Positions 1 to 5,832 of a stretch of 11,890 nt of DNA are shown piece by piece. The stretch's first letter is position 1. Each line of letters begins with the position of its first letter. The translations under genes and the position numbers were made by a program. The notes under the pieces are model-generated. The model was not told the DNA's origin. It saw only the letters and a program-made list of their open reading frames with translations, and did not search any database. Source of the DNA: Campylobacterales bacterium (GTDB lineage: Bacteria; Campylobacterota; Campylobacteria; Campylobacterales; Sulfurimonadaceae); the NCBI GenBank assembly GCA_038205935.1, contig JBBRBK010000059.1, positions 1 to 11,890 of the forward strand, given 5' to 3'.

Positions 1-73
1 GAGGTGGTTGATGTTTGTTTATCAAGTCTAACTGAAACTCATAGTCAAACAACCCTCTGCTCTTTTTGCTCAT
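1..73 (-). CDS. Probable IS5-family transposase, N-terminal 24 aa (partial, runs off the window; not in the ORF track)
   Basis: Manual translation from ATG at 73-71 gives MSKKSRGLFDYEFQLDLINKHQPP(L), which resembles the 'GLFDxExxLxxL...PL' start of IS5-subgroup transposases. SD AAGGAG (85-80) lies 6 nt upstream. Confidence 0.72.
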   Translation of the reverse strand, partial: MSKKSRGLFDYEFQLDLINKHQPP

Positions 74-128
74 TAAAATCTCCTTACCTTTATGACATTT
101 GTATCTTTATTTTATCGAATTTGGGCTT

Positions 129-1052
129 TTAGAAAAATATAGGTAGGTTTTTAGAGGTGCCCTTATCAATAAGTTCAAAAACTTTTTCATCTACATCAAT
201 CTTTAAATCTAATAGCGAAATAGTAATACCAAAATCCTTCATTTTTACATAATCTTTGAAAGTTACAAGAAGGGAATCTGCACTGTCTAAATATACAATC
301 CACTCTAGTTCCTCTTTTGTAAAAAAATGATGATCTTCAAAGTAGTGTTTACTTATCACTTCAGGCAAATATGGATCTAATCTTTGCGGTCTTGCGATGG
401 CAGTCACAAGCGCCATTTTAGAAGTTGGATTCTCTACATGTACGACTCTTTTAAAATCAACACCATCTTGAAGCACTGTAACTTTTTTGCCATTCCAACG
501 CTTCTCACGATAAGGACCAGATGGCAAACAAAAACTGTTTTTTGATTCTACATCGATGAGAATATCAAGCTTTTTAATGTGATGTTTTGAGTATCCATCA
601 TCTAAAAACACAAGTTTTGCACCCATCTCTTTAGCTTTAATAATCCCCTCTTCTCTTTTTTCACATACGATAACGATAGCATGAGGAACTTTCTGCGCAT
701 AGATCATCGCTTCATCGCCGCTTATCTCTACGCCACACAAGATTTCAATGCCATTTGAGATTACATGTAAGCCCTCTGATCTTCTTCCATAACCTCGAAG
801 AACGATCGCAACATTTTCATAATGAAGCGCTAGTGCTGTTGTGAGAGGAGTTTTTCCGCTGCCGCCAACACTGAGATTTCCAATACTTATAACATCAATA
901 CCATAATCTTTGGGAACTGCTTTTATATACTTTATCCAAACAATAAAACAGTATAAAAAACTTAGAGGAAGAAGTAGGAGCGATAAAAGAGCTTGAGAGA
1001 AACTCGGTTTATAGAGATATCTCTCAACCCAAAAGACAAGTGATTTTTTCAA
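129..1052 (-). CDS. lpxK: Tetraacyldisaccharide 4'-kinase (lipid A 4'-kinase); last ~10 aa appear IS-derived
   Basis: N-terminal hydrophobic helix (LLLPLSFLY), ISIGNLSVGGSGKTP P-loop, LRGYGR, GDE, LDDG and LPSGPYRE motifs. It lies near nadE, as in Campylobacter and Helicobacter. Confidence 0.95.
   Translation of the reverse strand: MKKSLVFWVERYLYKPSFSQALLSLLLLPLSFLYCFIVWIKYIKAVPKDYGIDVISIGNLSVGGSGKTPLTTALALHYENVAIVLRGYGRRSEGLHVISNGIEILCGVEISGDEAMIYAQKVPHAIVIVCEKREEGIIKAKEMGAKLVFLDDGYSKHHIKKLDILIDVESKNSFCLPSGPYREKRWNGKKVTVLQDGVDFKRVVHVENPTSKMALVTAIARPQRLDPYLPEVISKHYFEDHHFFTKEELEWIVYLDSADSLLVTFKDYVKMKDFGITISLLDLKIDVDEKVFELIDKGTSKNLPIFF
146..162 (-). repeat. Putative left terminal inverted repeat of the IS (GGGCACCTCTAAAAACC)
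   Basis: GC-rich terminus about 90 nt upstream of the transposase-like start. The family resemblance is from recall and the partner repeat is not in the window. Confidence 0.62.
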
Positions 1053-2170
1053 ACTCTTGTTTTTGCTATCTTTTTGATTGTGTCAACCACGTATTTGATC
1101 TCTGCATCACTCATTGCTGAGTACATTGGGATAGAGAGTACTTTTTGAAATATTTTTAGTGCGATTGGAAAATCATTTACACGCAATGAATATTTTGATT
1201 TGTAGTAAGAAAGTAGATGCAATGGGATGTAATGCAACGCTGTTTTAATCCCATTTTCATTTAACTCTTTTGCAAAAGAATCTCTATTTTTATCTATTTC
1301 AATAATATAAAGAGAGAAAGAATGATCTTCATTTGCCAAGTTTGGTACACTAATATGAGTCGTATTTTTAAGCGCATCATTATAGATAGTCGCTATCTCT
1401 CTTTGTCTTTGTATACACTCATCTTGCTTTTCAATTTGAGCTAAAATGTAAGCTGCATCAAGCTGACTCATTGTATATTTATTTCCGATATCCGTGATGT
1501 CATAGATATAATCAAGTCCATCTTCATTCACAACCATCGCATGATTGCGAAGCAGTTTTGCTCTGTTTTTTATCTCTTCATCATTTGTAACCATCATACC
1601 GCCGTTACAGACGCTATTTTTCAGATGTGGAGAGAAGCTAAAACATGTGATATCTGCGCCCGTAGAACCAATCTTATCGCCATTATATGTAGCGCCAAAA
1701 GCATCTGCGGCATCTTCGACAATTTTGACATCATAAGTCTTAGCCATTTTATACAAACGTTCTAAGTCCACACACTGACCTGCGATGTGACTGACGATGA
1801 CTGCTTTGAGTTTTCTTGATGCATTTTCTTCTAAGTATTTTTCTAACTTATCCAAATCGATATTATAAGTTTTAGGATCAATATCTATAAAAGTCGGTTC
1901 TGCATCAAAGTGACGCACAACCTCTGGAACAGATGGAAAAGCATTGACTGAACAAAGCACTTTGTCGCCGCGTTTAAGATCAAGTGCAAGCATAGCCAAG
2001 TGAAGTGCTGCCGTACCGCTTGATGTTGCTATGGCAAAACTAGCCCCTATATATGTCTCAAACTCTTCTTCAAGTTTAGCAACAAAATCACCATTTTCTC
2101 CGTCTAAAACATCGGCAATATGGTCATGCTCAACAACTCCGCTTTCTTGTCTGTAAAATGGAACTTTCAT
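1049..2170 (-). CDS. DegT/DnrJ/EryC1/StrS family PLP-dependent aminotransferase-like protein
   Basis: SSGTAALHLA, GDKV, FIDID, VEDAA, CFSF...GGM and HYIPLH...LSIPMY motifs. AGGAG RBS. Overlaps the lpxK start by 4 nt. Confidence 0.9.
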   Translation of the reverse strand: MKVPFYRQESGVVEHDHIADVLDGENGDFVAKLEEEFETYIGASFAIATSSGTAALHLAMLALDLKRGDKVLCSVNAFPSVPEVVRHFDAEPTFIDIDPKTYNIDLDKLEKYLEENASRKLKAVIVSHIAGQCVDLERLYKMAKTYDVKIVEDAADAFGATYNGDKIGSTGADITCFSFSPHLKNSVCNGGMMVTNDEEIKNRAKLLRNHAMVVNEDGLDYIYDITDIGNKYTMSQLDAAYILAQIEKQDECIQRQREIATIYNDALKNTTHISVPNLANEDHSFSLYIIEIDKNRDSFAKELNENGIKTALHYIPLHLLSYYKSKYSLRVNDFPIALKIFQKVLSIPMYSAMSDAEIKYVVDTIKKIAKTRV

Positions 2171-2180
2171 ACTATTCTCC

Positions 2181-2987
2181 TTATAGGTTTATATCTCTTG
2201 CATAATTAAAATCATGATTGATTGTCCGTGATGTCAGTTTCGCAATCACGGGCATTTTTCTCTTAAACTGGTTTGCATAGATTTTTTTGATGATCATTTC
2301 AAGCATCTCTTTGTTGACACCACTCTCTATGATAGCATCGACGCTCAGGCGTTCTTCTACATAAAGACGTAGCGCCTCATCTAACTTTTCGTAACTATAC
2401 CCAAGATCGGCCTCATCACTCTGTCCATCCCACAAATCTGCCGATGGTGCTTTAGTAATGATGCTTTTTGTAACACCCAAATAGCGTGCGAACTCAAAAA
2501 TCTCACTTTTATAGAGATCTCCTATGGGATTTAATGCACTTGCTAGATCGCCATAAAGCGTTCCATATCCAAGCATCAGTTCGCTTTTGTTACTTGTGCC
2601 GAGCACCAAAGCGCCTTCTTTTGCCGACATATCAAAAAGTGTGACCATTCGTAAGCGTGCTGAGAGGTTTCCGCGACGAAGATTGTTCATATCTTCATTT
2701 TCTTTTTCATACGCTTGAAGCATCGGTGCTATACTTTTTGTCACTGATCTAAGATTAAAATCTTTACAAAGCGCATCTGCATCATCAAGAGAGTTTTGTG
2801 AAGAGTAATGTGATGGCATTTTGACACATAAAAGATCATCTCCAAATGCCCGCACGGCCAAAACTGCAACAACAGCAGAGTCTATCCCGCCGCTAAGCCC
2901 TAAAACAACTTTTTGTAGACCAGTTTTACGAACTTCATTGTCTAAAAAACGTGTTAAATAATCTGCAATTTGTGCATATTTTTTCAT
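2181..2987 (-). CDS. nadE: NH3-dependent NAD+ synthetase (single domain, no glutaminase)
   Basis: LGLSGGIDS PP-loop, GNLSARLRM, GTSNKSE, GYGTLYGD, PIGDLYKSE and KAPSADLW..QSDE motifs; 268 aa. Confidence 0.97.
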   Translation of the reverse strand: MKKYAQIADYLTRFLDNEVRKTGLQKVVLGLSGGIDSAVVAVLAVRAFGDDLLCVKMPSHYSSQNSLDDADALCKDFNLRSVTKSIAPMLQAYEKENEDMNNLRRGNLSARLRMVTLFDMSAKEGALVLGTSNKSELMLGYGTLYGDLASALNPIGDLYKSEIFEFARYLGVTKSIITKAPSADLWDGQSDEADLGYSYEKLDEALRLYVEERLSVDAIIESGVNKEMLEMIIKKIYANQFKRKMPVIAKLTSRTINHDFNYARDINL

Positions 2988-3012
2988 ATTTTCTCAAAAC
3001 CCTAAAATAAAA

Positions 3013-3042
3013 ATTCTATCAAAGAAGATTATTATATCGTAA
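3013..3042 (-). promoter_or_regulatory. Candidate sigma70 -10 elements for nadE-degT-lpxK
   Basis: Minus-strand TATAAT (3036-3031) within TTACGATATAAT, and an extended -10 TGATAGAAT (3021-3013), in the 62-nt gap upstream of nadE. Confidence 0.5.
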
Positions 3043-3049
3043 TTTCATC

Positions 3050-3874
3050 CTAACACACATCCTTGTGCGCCATTGTTTTGAGCTCCTTACATGTAAAGCC
3101 TGCTTCTTTTCTAGCTTCAATATTGAGCTCTTTTTTCTTACCCAACCAAAGTGGATAATACCTGTTTATGATCTCAAAATAGATATCTTTGCTTTTTCCC
3201 TCTTGCTCACAGGCATGTGTAAACCATCTATCGCCCTTTTGCACATGGGAAACTTCTTCATCAACGATTACATGTAAGACTTTTATGATTTTTGAGATCA
3301 TCTCATTTTTAGGCAATTTTTTGAGTTTATTTAAGATCATCGGCGTGGCATCCAAACCATTGGCTTCGAGATATCTCGGAACAACTGCCATCCGTTCTAA
3401 AAAAGAGTGCTGTGTTTTTTCCATCGCCTCAAAAAGTGCGTTATGCACCTCAACAGCTCCATAATAACTGCCAAGTTCAACGAGCAACTCCTCAAGCATC
3501 AAAAAGTGTCTTACTTCATCAGAGGCAACTTCCAGCCAGTCATCATAATACTCGATGGGCAGATTATGAAATCTGTACGCTGCATCAAGCGCAAGATCGA
3601 TCGCACTGTATTCAATGTGCGCGATGGCATGAAGCAGATAAATCTGTCCCTCAGAAGTTGTTAGATTTTTTCTTTTTGGTACATCTTGAGGTGCTATAAC
3701 TTGACAAAAAGAGTCGTATGAAGGATTTTCCACAGATTTTTGATGATAGCTATTGTCAAAAACAGTTTGCCCATTTTTATAGTTTTCATAAAAAAATTCA
3801 AAAAGTTTCAGTTTTTTTTCTGGATTTGTTTCGTATAAAACTGCTTCCAATTCTTTATAAAAATTTATGCTCAA
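3050..3874 (-). CDS. Ferritin-like domain protein (DUF455 family), putative di-iron enzyme
   Basis: LLHAIAHIEYSAIDLALDA, DEVRHF, EANGLD and DEEVSHVQKG(DRW) motifs. TTG start 1 nt after the DGC stop. Confidence 0.9.
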   Translation of the reverse strand: MSINFYKELEAVLYETNPEKKLKLFEFFYENYKNGQTVFDNSYHQKSVENPSYDSFCQVIAPQDVPKRKNLTTSEGQIYLLHAIAHIEYSAIDLALDAAYRFHNLPIEYYDDWLEVASDEVRHFLMLEELLVELGSYYGAVEVHNALFEAMEKTQHSFLERMAVVPRYLEANGLDATPMILNKLKKLPKNEMISKIIKVLHVIVDEEVSHVQKGDRWFTHACEQEGKSKDIYFEIINRYYPLWLGKKKELNIEARKEAGFTCKELKTMAHKDVC

Positions 3875-3875
3875 A

Positions 3876-5168
3876 TTAGTGTAAACTCAGCTTATTTGTA
3901 TCAAAAGCTAGTGTAATAATACGATTTCTTCCACTCTCTTTTGCTCTATAAAGCGCTTCATCTGCGAACTCTAAGAGATCTTTATAGCTATGATCTTTTG
4001 TAGGTACAACACTACTGACTCCAAAACTCATCGTAAATGGTGCGATTTCAATGCCATTTACCCTAAAGTTCTTTGGATTTTTCAACTGTTCGGCTATCTC
4101 CGCACAAAGTTCCCATGCACCCTGAAGATCTGTATCATAAAGAACAATTACAAACTCTTCACCTCCATAACGTGCAGCAAGATCAGAAAAACGCCTGAGT
4201 GAGTTTGCAATCGTATGAGCAACATTTTTTAAAACTTCATCTCCTGCAATATGTCCATACGTGTCATTGACTTTTTTAAAGTAGTCGATATCACACATGA
4301 CAAGAGATATCTTCGTATTGGTACGTAATGCCAACTCCCAGATATTTTCAGTATATTCTTCAAAATGCCTTCTGTTAGCAATGTTAGTCAGAGGATCTGT
4401 CATAGTCATTTGTTCTAGTTTTTGATTGGCTTTTTGAAGTGATTTGGTTCGCTCTTCTATCTTTTCTTCAAGCGAACTATTCATCTCATCTAACTGCGTC
4501 GTATAGGAACCTATCTTCTCAACCATACCGACTATAGCATTATGGATGACACCTACTTCATCCGTGCGCTCTGATTTTTCTAAATCAAAGTTATTTAATT
4601 TTGGATCATACACCAAAACAGCCTGCGTCAGTTTTCTCAAATGTTTAAATTCACGTCTAAGAAGATAAAGAAAGATTCCCAATAAAATCAATGTAACAGC
4701 AAAAACACGTATTGTTGTTTCTTTATTTTTAAGACGTACTTGTTCATATTCATCATTAGAAAACTCTACTTTAATATATCCAATACTCTCATCTGTAATA
4801 GTATCTATAATCGCGCTGGCACAGATCTTCATACCATCAGGAGCCACTTTTATTGCCCTCGCATTATCTGGATACTGAAAAACAACTTGATTCTCTTTAT
4901 TTGTAACTTGCATCCATTGTATATCTTTATTTTGTTTCACAATGAGATTTAAGTATTCCTTATTTGCATCATCAAGACCCAATGAAATATTTAAACTGAG
5001 TATTGGCAACATCGTATCAAGAAGCAGTTTATTCTTTGATTTCTTTGAGTTTTCAAACTGAGTGGTGATATTTTCAGAAAGCTGATAACGTTCAAACCCA
5101 GTAATAAGAAGTGTAAAAAAGATAACACCTAAAATAATTTTTATTTCTATACTGAACGTACGCATCAT
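3876..5168 (-). CDS. Membrane-bound diguanylate cyclase (2 TM + periplasmic domain + HAMP + coiled coil + GGEEF), YfiN/DgcN-like architecture
   Basis: Two hydrophobic segments, a HAMP-like 'LRKLT...TDEVGVIHNAI', and DPLTNIANRR, DIDYFKKVNDTYGHIAGD, RYGGEEF and ADEALYRAKESGRN motifs. No EAL domain. Confidence 0.95.
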   Translation of the reverse strand: MMRTFSIEIKIILGVIFFTLLITGFERYQLSENITTQFENSKKSKNKLLLDTMLPILSLNISLGLDDANKEYLNLIVKQNKDIQWMQVTNKENQVVFQYPDNARAIKVAPDGMKICASAIIDTITDESIGYIKVEFSNDEYEQVRLKNKETTIRVFAVTLILLGIFLYLLRREFKHLRKLTQAVLVYDPKLNNFDLEKSERTDEVGVIHNAIVGMVEKIGSYTTQLDEMNSSLEEKIEERTKSLQKANQKLEQMTMTDPLTNIANRRHFEEYTENIWELALRTNTKISLVMCDIDYFKKVNDTYGHIAGDEVLKNVAHTIANSLRRFSDLAARYGGEEFVIVLYDTDLQGAWELCAEIAEQLKNPKNFRVNGIEIAPFTMSFGVSSVVPTKDHSYKDLLEFADEALYRAKESGRNRIITLAFDTNKLSLH

Positions 5169-5725
5169 TTATCCGTTTGCATATAAATTTTTGAGATTCG
5201 AAGTAAAATCGGGTCTACCATAATACTGTTTTTCTTTAAAGCGTTGACATTAATATAGGGCAAAATCTTTCTCCCTAGAAAAAGTGAAACTTCAACACCA
5301 TTTGCGAGTAAAGAAGCATCATACGATACTGTCAATGTTTTTTGTTTTTTCGCATATACAAGTGTTTCATTAATATTTTTTTCAGAGGTATTAAATAAAA
5401 AGAGCAACTCACTATTTTTACATGTAGAAAGATTTGTAAAATCAGTTTGGATAAGTTTTATGTTGTAGTTTTTTATACCTTGAGGATAGTTTCGAGTTGT
5501 TTTATCAATCAATCTCGAAGCAATACCCTCCTCTATATCTTCATGTACAACACAAATATTGATCTGATCTTTTATTTTTAGTTTTTGGTCACTCATGATG
5601 ACAAAACGGGGAAGTAGCTTTGAAAATATCTCTAAAACATCCTCATCATAATCTGTTGCACTGACCATTGTTGTATTAAAAAACAAAGCAAGGAGCAAAA
5701 AAACTTTAACAGATTTTACTAACAA
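5165..5725 (-). CDS. YfiR/HmsC (DUF4154)-like periplasmic protein
   Basis: Signal-peptide-like N-terminus, 186 aa, 'INICVV' strand, a second Cys in 'TCKNSELLFL', and a C-terminal 'YINVNALKKNSI.VDPILLRISKI' pattern typical of the YfiR family. Overlaps the DGC start by 4 nt (ATGA). Confidence 0.8.
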   Translation of the reverse strand: MLVKSVKVFLLLALFFNTTMVSATDYDEDVLEIFSKLLPRFVIMSDQKLKIKDQINICVVHEDIEEGIASRLIDKTTRNYPQGIKNYNIKLIQTDFTNLSTCKNSELLFLFNTSEKNINETLVYAKKQKTLTVSYDASLLANGVEVSLFLGRKILPYINVNALKKNSIMVDPILLRISKIYMQTDK

Positions 5726-5832
5726 AAAAACACCAACCTTAAAGCCCAGATATATAAAAGTTATAGTAACATACTTTCTATAAATTCTATGTATACGTAA
5801 TTCTTACAATGAAAAAAGAGGATAATAGTCAT
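5726..5832. promoter_or_regulatory. Divergent promoter region between yfiR-like/DGC and the TonB-dependent receptor
   Basis: Minus-strand extended -10-like TGTTACTAT (5771-5763), plus-strand TACAAT (5805-5810), and GAGGA RBS (5818-5822). Confidence 0.45.

Larger units (their letters stand above)
1..162 (-). mobile_element. Left end of a probable IS5-family insertion sequence (continues beyond the window start)
   Basis: The minus strand from 162 reads GGGCACCTCTAAAAACC, resembling IS5-family terminal inverted repeats. It is preceded by the target-like TAA (165-163) and followed by an AAGGAG RBS and an ORF with a transposase-like N-terminus. The other end is outside the window, so the TIR pair and target duplication cannot be verified. 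Confidence 0.75.

Noticed and set aside
1541..4952. Short plus-strand ORFs (1541-1765, 1545-1736, 3065-3277, 3189-3464, 3407-3664, 3412-3699, 3990-4202, 4740-4952)
   Set aside because: All are antisense shadows inside well-supported minus-strand genes, with no recognisable motifs.
3812..5730. Homopolymer tracts (T8 at 3812-3819, A7 at 5724-5730) as phase-variation sites
   Set aside because: Short A/T runs are frequent at this composition, the frames are intact, and Campylobacterota phase variation typically uses longer poly-G/C tracts.
5809..5832. Longer TBDR start at 5809
   Set aside because: It has no RBS and overlaps the candidate -10. ATG 5833 has GAGGA upstream and gives a canonical signal peptide.
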